DNA of 62,918 nucleotides, the filler included, from Octopus bimaculoides (taxonomy: Eukaryota), in assembly GCF_001194135.2 (NCBI RefSeq). It is 6 parts of 5 records of this genome, joined end to end, with 100 filler letters (N's around TTAATTAATTAA, not from the genome) between each part and the next. Parts side by side here need not be neighbours in the genome. Positions count along the whole stretch, not along the records: positions 28,664 to 39,644 come from NC_068987.1; positions 39,745 to 45,222 come from NC_069005.1; positions 45,323 to 62,918 come from NC_068982.1; 3 more parts are not named here. One strand, written 5' to 3'. Below are positions 34,532-46,341 of this stretch, in pieces. The notes beneath the pieces were generated by a model. That model had not been told where the DNA came from, did no database searches, and saw nothing but the letters and a program-made list of their open reading frames with translations. Each line of letters opens with the position of its first letter. The first letter of the stretch is position 1. Both the position numbers and the translations under genes were made by a program.

Positions 34532-34628
<97 letters not shown>

Positions 34629-35437
34629 NNNNNNNNNNNNNNNNNNNNNNNNNNNNNNNNNNNNNNNNNNNNNNNNNNNNNNNNNNNNNNNNNNNNNNNN
34701 NNNNNNNNNNNNNNNNNNNNNNNNNNNNNNNNNNNNNNNNNNNNNNNNNNNNNNNNNNNNNNNNNNNNNNNNNNNNNNNNNNNNNNNNNNNNNNNNNNNN
34801 NNNNNNNNNNNNNNNNNNNNNNNNNNNNNNNNNNNNNNNNNNNNNNNNNNNNNNNNNNNNNNNNNNNNNNNNNNNNNNNNNNNNNNNNNNNNNNNNNNNN
34901 NNNNNNNNNNNNNNNNNNNNNNNNNNNNNNNNNNNNNNNNNNNNNNNNNNNNNNNNNNNNNNNNNNNNNNNNNNNNNNNNNNNNNNNNNNNNNNNNNNNN
35001 NNNNNNNNNNNNNNNNNNNNNNNNNNNNNNNNNNNNNNNNNNNNNNNNNNNNNNNNNNNNNNNNNNNNNNNNNNNNNNNNNNNNNNNNNNNNNNNNNNNN
35101 NNNNNNNNNNNNNNNNNNNNNNNNNNNNNNNNNNNNNNNNNNNNNNNNNNNNNNNNNNNNNNNNNNNNNNNNNNNNNNNNNNNNNNNNNNNNNNAACAGT
35201 GGTGTTAATTGTGTTCGAGGTCGATAAATTAAGTACCAGTTGCGTACTGGAATTCAATTTAATCGGCTGGCCCCTCCCCCAAAATTTCGAGCCTTGTGCC
35301 TAGAGTAGGAAAGGATATTGTTGGTGGTGATTGCGACGCGTTGGTGGTGGTGGTGGTGGTGGTATTGTGGTGGTAATCGATAACCGATCAGATCAAAGAA
35401 ACTGTATATATCGATTTTTATATTTTAGTGTCATTTT

Positions 35438-35481
35438 GTCTGGAAACCTTTCGTCACACGTCCTGTGACCTCTTCAGCGAC
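35438..35481 (-). ncRNA. Degenerate type I hammerhead motif
   Basis: Minus strand reads gtc(-)g-CTGAAGA-g-GTCAC(aggacgt)GTGAC-GAAA-GGTTTC-cagac. A partial plus-strand relative (gaggtcaccgaatgtgtgacgaaa) lies at 30573-30596. Confidence 0.5.
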
Positions 35482-35544
35482 TCTCCATCTCATGTGTCAC
35501 CTCCTGTTCTATTTAGTTCATTCTTTATTCTTTTATTCTTTTAT

Positions 35545-35815
35545 TTGATTAGGTCATTTGACTGCGGCCATGCTGGAGCACTGCTTTGAAGGGTTTTAGT
35601 CGAACAAATCGACCCATGACTTATTTTTTAAGCCTAGTACTTATTTTGTCAGTCCCTTTTGCTGAACTGCTAAGTCATGCGGACGTAAACACAACACTGG
35701 TTGTCAAGCGGTGATGGTGGACAAACACATAGTAGAAGACACTTGCTGAAGGTTCCATGCAGTGGAACTGAGCCTGGAATCAATGTGGTTGAAAAGCAAG
35801 CTCTCTTCAAATTGC
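35545..35815 (-). mobile_element. SINE family A with internal deletion
   Basis: gtcatttgactgcggccatgctggagcac..gcctagtacttatt..cggacgtaaacacaacactggttgtcaagcg joins directly to tagtagaagacacttgc. Confidence 0.8.
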
Positions 35816-36109
35816 TCATACTATCTATCTGTCGGGCCTCCTGCCAGAATTATCACCACTTTGCAGTAACAAGGCGGACTTGAACTCAGAATCTACACAG
35901 CCGACCAGATACCTTCCACTACGCACCACTAGTTAAAGAGCCAGCCATCACTGGCGAATGAGCGTTGCTTGGTAGCAAGCACTATGTTCTCACTAATTGC
36001 TTCAGGTGCTCATCTATTGTGAGTAGACATCGGTACCCTCTCGACTCTCCTGCTCCTTGGCTCAGCGGCACATTCAGAATATGACAGTTGGAGGGAATGA
36101 GAGTAGCAC

Positions 36110-36245
36110 CAGTTGTTGGGCGGCACTCACTGCTAAGTTGACATGAACAACGTGAAATGGAGCATCTTGCTCAAGAACAAAATACACCGCCCGCTCTAGG
36201 AATTGAACTCGCGACAATAAAGACATGCGCCAAACATTGTAGCCA
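36110..36245 (-). mobile_element. SINE family G (degraded); another at ~40560-40678
   Basis: The reverse complement contains gagttcaattcct..ttgttcttgagcaagatgctccatttcacgttg, matching 62598-62895. Confidence 0.6.
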
Positions 36246-36849
36246 CCAGGTCATGTGCCTTGACGGCATCTCTTAATACTGTCTAACAATTTTGTTTATT
36301 CATCTCCCAGGACTGGTACTTTTTTAGCGACCCCCGAGAGAGTTAAAAGAAAAATTGGCTTCATGGTGATACGAACTCAGAGTGCGAGAGTTGCAGAGAT
36401 GCGAAAGAAATACTGCGAAGTGTTTTATCCAACATTTTGTGGAAGAGAATAGTCAGTTGAATTGACCCCTTCAGTGGTATTTTATGTTATCGAACTTAGA
36501 CGGAAAGAAAAAGTAAAGTCGTCTTGCCCGAGATTTGAACTCAGATTGACGTATTTAAATACACCAAGGTATTACGGCTGACGTCTTACCGACTCTACCA
36601 AACACAACCAGCATCCAAACACCTGAAGGTCGTTGACCGACCTGTTAGAATCAACAGCTAACACTACCTCAAAATCACACACACACACACACACACACAC
36701 AGGTACAAACACACATATACACATTATGAAATCTGAAGCGTATTTATTCTTGCACACGAAAGACGTGATGGTCACAGTTGGAATACCTATGATCTATATG
36801 TGTGCTCGGTAAGGGCCCCACTCAAGGTTAAACCACAACACGGCACCAA

Positions 36850-36897
36850 TGTTAATAATAACAACAACAACACTGATCACTGTCTCGTCGTACACTT

Positions 36898-36951
<54 letters not shown>

Positions 36952-37309
36952 TGCTGCTGCTGCTGCTGTTGCACCCTTCACTCGTTTCACCGCAACCACT
37001 GCCAAAACGTATGTCAACCAAACCTCTTGATCTAATAAAAATCCCAAACAATTATAGCAATAACACCACTGACGCCGCCGCCGCCGCCATACATAGTCCC
37101 ACAATTGCCACCACCAAATCACTACCTCTATCACTAGCAGCAGCAGCACCACCACCACCACCAACCACCAATACCACTACTACCATCACCACAACCGCTA
37201 CCACTACAACCGCCACAATACCTAGTATCTCCACCACCAGAATTAGCACAACTGCCTCCGCCACTGTCACCGCAACCAACACTACGAGTACCACCGCCGT
37301 GTCCGACAC

Positions 37310-37340
<31 letters not shown>

Positions 37341-37348
37341 ACCACCAC
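36850..37348. repeat. Compound (AAC/ACT/GCT/ACC)n microsatellite field
   Basis: Directly visible. Explains the poly-L/T/V/S ORFs. Confidence 0.9.
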
Positions 37349-38000
37349 NNNNNNNNNNNNNNNNNNNNNNNNNNNNNNNNNNNNNNNNNNNNNNNNNNNN
37401 NNNNNNNNNNNNNNNNNNNNNNNNNNNNNNNNNNNNNNNNNNNNNNNNNNNNNNNNNNNNNNNNNNNNNNNNNNNNNNNNNNNNNNNNNNNNNNNNNNNN
37501 NNNNNNNNNNNNNNNNNNNNNNNNNNNNNNNNNNNNNNNNNNNNNNNNNNNNNNNNNNNNNNNNNNNNNNNNNNNNNNNNNNNNNNNNNNNNNNNNNNNN
37601 NNNNNNNNNNNNNNNNNNNNNNNNNNNNNNNNNNNNNNNNNNNNNNNNNNNNNNNNNNNNNNNNNNNNNNNNNNNNNNNNNNNNNNNNNNNNNNNNNNNN
37701 NNNNNNNNNNNNNNNNNNNNNNNNNNNNNNNNNNNNNNNNNNNNNNNNNNNNNNNNNNNNNNNNNNNNNNNNNNNNNNNNNNNNNNNNNNNNNNNNNNNN
37801 NNNNNNNNNNNNNNNNNNNNNNNNNNNNNNNNNNNNNNNNNNNNNNNNNNNNNNNNNNNNNNNNNNNNNNNNNNNNNNNNNNNNNNNNNNNNNNNNNNNN
37901 NNNNNNNNNNNNNNNNNNNNNNNNNNNNNNNNNNNNNNNNNNNNNNNNNNNNNNNNNNNNNNNNNNNNNNNNNNNNNNNNNNNNNNNNNNNNNNNNNNNN

Positions 38001-38371
38001 GTATTTCGTCTGCCGTTACGTTCTGAGTTCAAATTCCGCCGAGGTCGACTTTGCCTTTCATCCTTTCGGGGTCGATAAATTAAGTACCAGTTACGCACTG
38101 GGGTCGATGTAATCGACTTAATCCGTTCGTCTGTTCTTGTTTGTTCCCTCTATGTTTAGCCCCTTGTGGGCAATAACGAAATAGGTATTTCGTCTGCCGT
38201 TACGTTCTGAGTTCAAATTCCGCCGAGGTCGACTTTGCCTTTCATCCTTTCGGAGTCGATTAATTAAGTACCAGTTACGCACTGGGGTCGATGTAATTGA
38301 CTTAATCTCTTTGTCTGTCCTTGTTTGTCCCCTCTAAGTTTAGCCCCCTCGGGGCAATAAAGAAAGAAATA
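38001..38371 (+). repeat. Head-to-tail dimer (~185-bp unit) of a 5'-truncated SINE B variant with an alternative tail
   Basis: Units 38001-38183 and 38184-38371 both contain gtatttcgtctgccgttacg at the start and end gtttagcccc..ggcaataa[c/a]gaaa. Confidence 0.85.
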
Positions 38372-38484
38372 TTTACAATTTACATTAACAACAGACAAGA
38401 TATACCTACGTGGTCACTGGCTCTACTAGAAATTGCAGCCAAGTCTCTTTGAAACCTCATCGTGTTTGAAAAACAGAATTGGCG

Positions 38485-39260
38485 ACGAGCTGGTAGAAAC
38501 GTTAGCACGCCGGGAGAAATGCTTAGCGGTATTTCGCCTGCCGTTACGTTCTGAGATCAAATTCCGCCGAGGTCGACTTTGCCTTTCATCCATTCGAGGT
38601 CGATAAATTAAATATCAGTTGCGTACAGGTGTCAATCCAATCGACTGACCCCCTCCTCCAAAATTTCGGGCCTTGTGCCTAGAGTAGAAAAGAAAAGTAT
38701 TTCGTCCGTCATTACGTTCTGAGTTCAAATTCCGCCGAGGTCGACTTTGCCTTTCATCCTTTCGTAATCGATAATATTCGTACCAGTTACGCACTGGGGT
38801 CGATGTAGTCGACTACTCACTCCTCCGAATTTCAGGCCTTGTGTCAAGGCTCGAAATATCTGAGGAGGTGGCCAGTTGATTAGATCGATTCCAGTACGCA
38901 ACTGGTACTTGATTTATCGAACCCCGATAGGAAAAGTCGACCTCGGCGGAATTTGAACTCAGAACATAGAGACGAAATACTGCTAAGCATTTCGCCCGGC
39001 GAGCTAACGATTCTGGCAGCTCACCGCTTTACGTGAAAGCATTATTATTGTTGCTATTAAGGCAGCGAATCGTTAGCAAGCCGGACAAAGTGCTTAGCGA
39101 TATTTCTTCCGACTCAATACGTTTTGACCTTAAATTCCACCGTGATTGACTTTGCCTTTCTACCTCGATGAAATGAGGACTAGTTGAGCACTAGGATCGA
39201 TGAAATGAGGACTAGTTGAGTAATGGGGTCGATGTAATCGCCTTGCCTTCTCCCCCAACA
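38485..39260. mobile_element. Cluster of four further SINE B copies (+ full 38485-38695, + truncated 38696-38850, - 38865-39030, + degraded 39060-39260)
   Basis: Each contains the gagttcaaattccgccgaggtcgac..ttcatcc..gtcgata..taccag core or its reverse complement. Confidence 0.85.
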
Positions 39261-39533
39261 TTTGAGGTCAATAGCTGAAAGGGGTCATTATTAGGATCTT
39301 TTATCATTATTACAACAGGGTACGACAAAAATCCTTAGATTCACCATTCTTGGTGAACCCAGATAATAGCAAAACGAAAAACACCGTAATGCATTAACAT
39401 GGAAACACTATTATGGCCTTCATAACTTTATAAGTGCCTCTACATTGGCCTATAAAATGTAAGAAGTTTTCTTGTCTCAGCCTGTTTTAATATTTTCCAG
39501 TACTGTTCTGCATTAATGGAGAGAGTGTGGGGG

Positions 39534-39590
<57 letters not shown>

Positions 39591-40014
39591 ATGGAGTGAT
39601 AGGCAGATAAATACACACACACGCATATATATATATATATATATNNNNNNNNNNNNNNNNNNNNNNNNNNNNNNNNNNNNNNNNNNNNTTAATTAATTAA
39701 NNNNNNNNNNNNNNNNNNNNNNNNNNNNNNNNNNNNNNNNNNNNAGTTTGAAGCATGGAAGACGAATAAAGAAAACAACAACAACAACAACAACCGCTCA
39801 AACAAAAATAAATAAAAAATACAGAAAAACAGGGAAAGAAAAACAGAAATGAAATCTGGGAGTAGAAGGAGGAGAATAAGTGGGAGGAAGAGGGAAAGAG
39901 GAGTAAGGAGTTTCAGAGGGATTACGAGAAGAGGGATTTAGTGTAAACAGGATTAGTTTATATTGAGATGAGAGAGAGGATAAGAAAATTGCATAAGTCA
40001 TTAATCATTATGCG

Positions 40015-40300
40015 TATGTGGCTGTGTGGTAAGACGTTCGCTTCCCAACCACATGGTTCCGGGTTCAATCCCACTGCGTGGCATCTTCGGAAAGTGTCTT
40101 CTTCTATAGACCTGGGCCGACCAGAGCCTTGCGAGTGGATTTGGTAGACGGAAACTGAAAGAAGCCTATCATGTGTGTATGTGTATATGTGTGTGTATAC
40201 ATATATATGTGGCTGTGTGGTAAGACGTTCGCTTCCCAACCACATGGTTCTGGGTTCAATCCCACTGCGTGGCACCTTGGGAAAGTGTCTTCTTCTATAG
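40015..40300 (+). mobile_element. Two tandem SINE A heads
   Basis: tgtggctgtgtggtaagacgttcgcttcccaaccacatggttc[c/t]gggttcaatcccactgcgtggca occurs near 40017 and 40207, with shared diagnostic variants. Confidence 0.85.
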
Positions 40301-41426
40301 AAATCTTGAGAAATTAGCGTTCTCAAAGCCAGAAAAGAGAAAGGTAATTACAAAATGATTACAGAGGATTACACACATTAATAGAACTATCAAAATATGC
40401 AAAACTTTCCGAAAGTTTAGTTGATAAGTATCATGGACTCAACAGACGTTAGACGACGTATGAGGATTCGGCAATTTCTTACCGAACGACCATATAAATG
40501 GTTTGTTTGTAGTGATCAAATGTTTGTGTAGACATAAGCTCACTCTCTCCATCAATTTGACATTACCTGTACAGGTGCAACTGGGTGCCAAGTGTCAGAT
40601 GACGAAATGATCGCAGACCAATGTGAAATGAAGTGTTTTGCTCAAGAACACAACGTAACGCCCAGTCTGGGAATATATNNNNNNNNNNNNNNNNNNNNNN
40701 NNNNNNNNNNNNNNNNNNNNNNNNNNNNNNNNNNNNNNNNNNNNNNNNNNNNNNNNNNNNNNNNNNNNNNNNNNNNNNNNNNNNNNNNNNNNNNNNNNNN
40801 NNNNNNNNNNNNNNNNNNNNNNNNNNNNNNNNNNNNNNNNNNNNNNNNNNNNNNNNNNNNNNNNNNNNNNNNNNNNNNNNNNNNNNNNNNNNNNNNNNNN
40901 NNNNNNNNNNNNNNNNNNNNNNNNNNNNNNNNNNNNNNNNNNNNNNNNNNNNNNNNNNNNNNNNNNNNNNNNNNNNNNNNNNNNNNNNNNNNNNNNNNNN
41001 NNNNNNNNNNNNNNNNNNNNNNNNNNNNNNNNNNNNNNNNNNNNNNNNNNNNNNNNNNNNNNNNNNNNNNNNNNNNNNNNNNNNNNNNNNNNNNNNNNNN
41101 NNNNNNNNNNNNNNNNNNNNNNNNNNNNNNNNNNNNNNNNNNNNNNNNNNNNNNNNNNNNNNNNNNNNNNNNNNNNNNNNNNNNNNNNNNNNNNNNNNNN
41201 NNNNNNNNNNNNNNNNNNNNNNNNNNNNNNNNNNNNNNNNNNNNNNNNNNNNNNNNNNNNNNNNNNNNNNNNNNNNNNNNNNNNNNNNNNNNNNNNNNNN
41301 NNNNNNNNNNNNNNNNNNNNNNNNNNNNNNNNNNNNNNNNNNNNNNNNNNNNNNNNNNNNNNNNNNNNNNNNNNNNNNNNNNNNNNNNNNNNNNNNNNNN
41401 NNNNNNNNNNNNNNNNNNNNNNNNNN

Positions 41427-41481
<55 letters not shown>

Positions 41482-41912
41482 GATCAAATTAGAACATACT
41501 CGTGCTTCGAATGCAAATAGAAACACACACAAACACACATACATGTGTCCATACATGGAGATATATTGAGAGACAAATGAAAGATGATAGATAAATAGGT
41601 AGATAGATAGATATGAAGCTGGTATGTATATATGACGACATCACAGCCATGAAAGTTAAGAGCGCATGTTCTGGTGGACGTGGTGGTGGTGGTGCTAGCT
41701 TGGCTGGCGGTGATGATGTTGGATTTGGGAAATACCGAGGGAGATGTATTCAAGGGGATAATTGAAAATAATGATCTCTTTGTATCAATCAATCTATCTA
41801 TCTGTCAGCTTATCTGACTGTCAGTCAGTCTGTCTGTCTCTCTGTCTGTTTGCTTTTCTCTTTATGCCTGTCTGTCTCTCTATCTATCTACATGCCTCTT
41901 GGTCTGTCCGCT

Positions 41913-41947
<35 letters not shown>

Positions 41948-42011
41948 CGTCTCTCATCTGTTTGTCTGCCTGTCTTTTCCCCCCCTCCTCTCTCAATTTA
42001 TATCCTAATAG

Positions 42012-42054
<43 letters not shown>

Positions 42055-42316
42055 AAAAAAGACAATAACAAAAAAACAAAAAAACAACAAAGTGAGGACG
42101 TNNNNNNNNNNNNNNNNNNNNNNNNNNNNNNNNNNNNNNNNNNNNNNNNNNNNNNNNNNNNNNNNNNNNNNNNNNNNNNNNNNNNNNNNNNNNNNNNNNN
42201 NNNNNNNNNNNNNNNNNNNNNNNNNNNNNNNNNNNNNNNNNNNNNNNNNNNNNNNNNNNNNNNNNNNNNNNNNNNNNNNNNNNNNNNNNNNNNNNNNNNN
42301 NNNNNNNNNNNNNNNN

Positions 42317-42352
<36 letters not shown>

Positions 42353-42512
42353 AATATATGAGTATATGCATATATATGTACATGTATGTACATACCTTCA
42401 TCTACATGTACACATAGATACATAACTGGGTACATGACGTGGCAAAAGAACGTGGACAAAATGATAAACAAGGTACAACAAACAAGCAAGCCACATATGT
42501 TTGTACACACAC

Positions 42513-42552
<40 letters not shown>

Positions 42553-44217
42553 GTGTTTCAGAGTGACGAGGGGAAATGCACACACGCGTTTATATGTGTG
42601 TGTGTGTGTGTGTATGTATAAGTGAGAGCTAGAGTATTGTATCTATGTGCTGTATGCATATGTGAGATTGTGTTTGCGCGCGCGCGCGTACGCTCGCGTA
42701 TGTGTGTGTGTGCGCGCATATATGCGTGTGTATGTGCATGCAAGAAGCAATAAATAAACTGTGTGAGATGGTGGGGGGGGGGGAATGTTGTTAAGTAAAC
42801 GTGAGAAGAGGTGAAACGATTGAATAAGAACAATAAATACAACAGGACAGCACACACAGACAGACACACACACACACAGACAGACACACATACGCACACG
42901 CGTGTATACGTATACTCATACACATACATGTATACTCAGATAGAGACGTACACATAGATGCACGCGCGCAGAGTTCAGAGCATGTCGAAAGGGAATGTGT
43001 AAAGACTTACGCGTAACAGAATGGAGAAAGCGTGCGCGCGCGTGCGTGTGTATATGTGTGTGTGTGGGTGTATGTGTGTGTGTGTGTGAGAGAGAGAGAA
43101 GAGAGTGAAAGAGAGTGTATTGGAGAAAGAGAGTGTGGGAGAGAGGGTGTAAGAAAGAGAGAGAGTGTGTGTAGAGGGAGAGAGGGTGTAAGAAAGAGAG
43201 AGAGTGTGTGTAGAGGGAGAGAGCAAATGAGAGGATGCATGTTGAGAGAGCGAGAGAGTAAGAGAAAGTGCAAGAGTGCAAGAGAAAGTGTAAAAGAACG
43301 AGGGAGGGTTAATCAGACGTTACTTGCTGAAGAAGAGAGGGAGAGAGAGGAGAAACGAGCAGACGATATAGGTGACGGAGAACAAGAGAGGGAGAGAGAG
43401 AGGGAGGAGAAACGAGCAGACGATATAGGTGACGGAGAACAAGAGAGGAAGAGTGACGGGCGGAGAGGTGGCGAGTTTATATAGCGGGAGAGCAGGTGAA
43501 GATAGAGAAAGACTTNNNNNNNNNNNNNNNNNNNNNNNNNNNNNNNNNNNNNNNNNNNNNNNNNNNNNNNNNNNNNNNNNNNNNNNNNNNNNNNNNNNNN
43601 NNNNNNNNNNNNNNNNNNNNNNNNNNNNNNNNNNNNNNNNNNNNNNNNNNNNNNNNNNNNNNNNNNNNNNNNNNNNNNNNNNNNNNNNNNNNNNNNNNNN
43701 NNNNNNNNNNNNNNNNNNNNNNNNNNNNNNNNNNNNNNNNNNNNNNNNNNNNNNNNNNNNNNNNNNNNNNNNNNNNNNNNNNNNNNNNNNNNNNNNNNNN
43801 NNNNNNNNNNNNNNNNNNNNNNNNNNNNNNNNNNNNNNNNNNNNNNNNNNNNNNNNNNNNNNNNNNNNNNNNNNNNNNNNNNNNNNNNNNNNNNNNNNNN
43901 NNNNNNNNNNNNNNNNNNNNNNNNNNNNNNNNNNNNNNNNNNNNNNNNNNNNNNNNNNNNNNNNNNNNNNNNNNNNNNNNNNNNNNNNNNNNNNNNNNNN
44001 NNNNNNNNNNNNNNNNNNNNNNNNNNNNNNNNNNNNNNNNNNNNNNNNNNNNNNNNNNNNNNNNNNNNNNNNNNNNNNNNNNNNNNNNNNNNNNNNNNNN
44101 NNNNNNNNNNNNNNNNNNNNNNNNNNNNNNNNNNNNNNNNNNNNNNNNNNNNNNNNNNNNNNNNNNNNNNNNNNNNNNNNNNNNNNNNNNNNNNNNNNNN
44201 NNNNNNNNNNNNNNNNN

Positions 44218-44253
<36 letters not shown>

Positions 44254-44389
44254 GACACGTATGTGTGTATGCGTACTTGTACATGTTAAGTTGAACAAGA
44301 AGCAAGAAATTGAGTTTATGTAAATACACTAATACTTGTTATGAAGTGGTGGAGGGGGGGACAAACACAGATACAAACACACACGCATA

Positions 44390-44550
44390 CGTACGATGGG
44401 CTTCTTTCAGTTTCCGTCTACCAAATCCACTCGCAAAGCTTTGGTCGACCCGAGACTATAGCAGAAGACACTTGCCAATGGTTCCACGCAGTGGGACTGA
44501 ACCCGGAACGACGTGGTTGCGAAGCAAGTTTCTTATCACACAACCAAACC
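44390..44550 (-). mobile_element. SINE family A head
   Basis: gggcttctttcagtttccgtctaccaaatccactc..gaagacacttgcc..cacgcagtgggactgaacccggaac. Confidence 0.85.
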
Positions 44551-44579
44551 ATGGGCTCTTAATTACTTGTTGAAGTCTT

Positions 44580-44720
44580 AGGGGGCGCCGCCGGAGCACA
44601 CGGCGTGTCTTGGACAGTTTTAGAACTGGCAGAGACCAACCCTTTCTCCAGATTTAGCCACAGTCGATTTCTTCCAGAAAGAAAGATACGGAAATGGAGA
44701 AAGAATGACAGAAAGCGAAG
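44580..44720 (+). mobile_element. Degraded Tc1-like transposase fragment
   Basis: One frame reads GAPPEHTACLGQF*NWQRPTLSPDLATVDFFQKERY, resembling DGAPPH.. and WP..SPDL..DFF. Confidence 0.45.
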
Positions 44721-44823
44721 AACCGAAAACTCTCTGAGGATAAGAAGCAGCAATCGATCTCTGATGAGGCATCAAGAAATAGCAAAACTATTCACATCGA
44801 CTTTTTTGTTTTGGCTTAATATA

Positions 44824-45059
44824 CAGGGTGGCCCAAAAGTAGGTTTACAGTTATTAAACCATCTCTTTCGCATTCATATATTAACCGTCAAGATCTTAAT
44901 TATAAAAAAAATATGAAATCATTATTCTCTCCTAATTTAGTTAATTTTCTCAAGCTCCCTTTTCAGTTTGTAAGATAGAAATTTAAATATAATAAACTGT
45001 TTTAAAAGAAATTCAAAGTACCTACGTGATAACTGTAAACCTATTTTTGGGTGACCCTG
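44824..45059. mobile_element. Tc1/mariner-type MITE (~236 bp)
   Basis: ~31-bp TIRs cagggtggcccaaaagtaggtttacagttat / ataactgtaaacctatttttgggtgaccctg. TA on the left flank, TG on the right. No coding capacity. Confidence 0.75.
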
Positions 45060-45324
45060 TGTATAGAAGAACCTATTGTTTAACTATGGCGTCTCACCTT
45101 TCTTCAAAGTAAGTTTAGAATATGCATTTATTAAAAATATAAAGGGAAAATCGCACGCTTATAAGTTTACCTTACACACAAACACATATTGTTGTTCTGT
45201 TTATTCATTTTTGTCGTAATTGNNNNNNNNNNNNNNNNNNNNNNNNNNNNNNNNNNNNNNNNNNNNTTAATTAATTAANNNNNNNNNNNNNNNNNNNNNN
45301 NNNNNNNNNNNNNNNNNNNNNNTA

Positions 45325-45760
45325 TATAGGTCCAGATGGAGGATATGTAAATGGAAGCCTTCCCCCCTTACTTTTTTTTTACGGAAGACAATGTGAAATA
45401 TTTACTGTAAGGACAACTTTGACTTTTCCATAAAAGTCTTTGTCCTTATAGAAATATTTTTCTTGCAATTTCTGCACCCCCACACAAATCCATCCACCGA
45501 TCTGGTCGACATCTTCAAAGTCATATCGCGCGTGCAAACACACGTTTTACAGGTGGCAATAATGCCGTTGGCTTTCAAAAATTCCATTTTTCTCTCTGGA
45601 GCAAGCTGCTTCAATACTTCTTCAAGTGGTGTACACTGAGCTGGCTTAACTGACGATAGCAGCGGAAAGTGCCGAAACTGACGCGTCAGTCTTAAGAATT
45701 CTCGGCCGATATTTTTCGAATAATTATGGTCCCTGTTAGTGTATATGTTTTCATTCATGT
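45325..45760 (-). mobile_element. Merlin (IS1595/ISXO2-related) DNA transposase N-terminal fragment
   Basis: ORF 45402-45758 reads EFLKANGIIATCKTCVCTRDMTLKMSTRSVDGFVWGCRNCKKNISIRTKTFMEKSKLSLQ, the Zn-ribbon pattern C..C...M.L....DG..W.C..C....SIR...F..S.L. Truncated by a scaffold join. Confidence 0.7.
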
Positions 45761-45968
45761 ACGTTAATTACAGCATTAGAGCATTTTAGCTCTTATTTCT
45801 AGCAATGTAGGTGCTTTTTTTTAACACTCTAGTCACATTTAGTGACAATTATAATTCTTCTGTTTGGTGAAACATTGCAACCTGCTGTTTACATTATATA
45901 TATATAATTCAAACGGCTAGAATGCTTTTGATCATATACCTGCTTGATGAAAGCTGTTCTGAGACTAA

Positions 45969-45996
45969 AATAATAATAATAATAATAATAATAATG

Positions 45997-46040
<44 letters not shown>
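45969..46040. repeat. (TAA)n microsatellite, left flank of the PLE
   Basis: Directly visible. Confidence 0.95.
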
Positions 46041-46041
<1 letters not shown>

Positions 46042-46341
46042 GTAATAATAGTCAAGACGAAGAGCGCGATTCGATTGTAATAGATATTTTATTGGTTGAA
46101 CGATATTTCAACAGTAAGTCTGTCTTTGTCAAGTTCAAAATAAAAAGTGATAAAAATTCAAAATCATAGAAGTTTAAACGTAAAGTATGAACGAGAGCAA
46201 CCGGCGTCCACACGTTGATGGATTGGCATCATCAGTTTTTAAGTTACAATTTTATAACAGGCGAAAAGAAAAAGATAGAAAAAAACCCAGAAAAAAGAAT
46301 ACGACAGAAAAAGGAAAGAAAAAAGAGAAAAAGAAGAATAT

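Noticed and set aside
43135-43445. 38-bp and ~53-bp tandem duplications in a GA-rich field
   Set aside because: Ordinary slippage within low-complexity purine-rich sequence.
46047-46090. Hammerhead in the PLE inverted repeat (aagacgaagagcgcgattcgattg)
   Set aside because: Neither CUGAnGA nor GAAA is intact in either IR copy.
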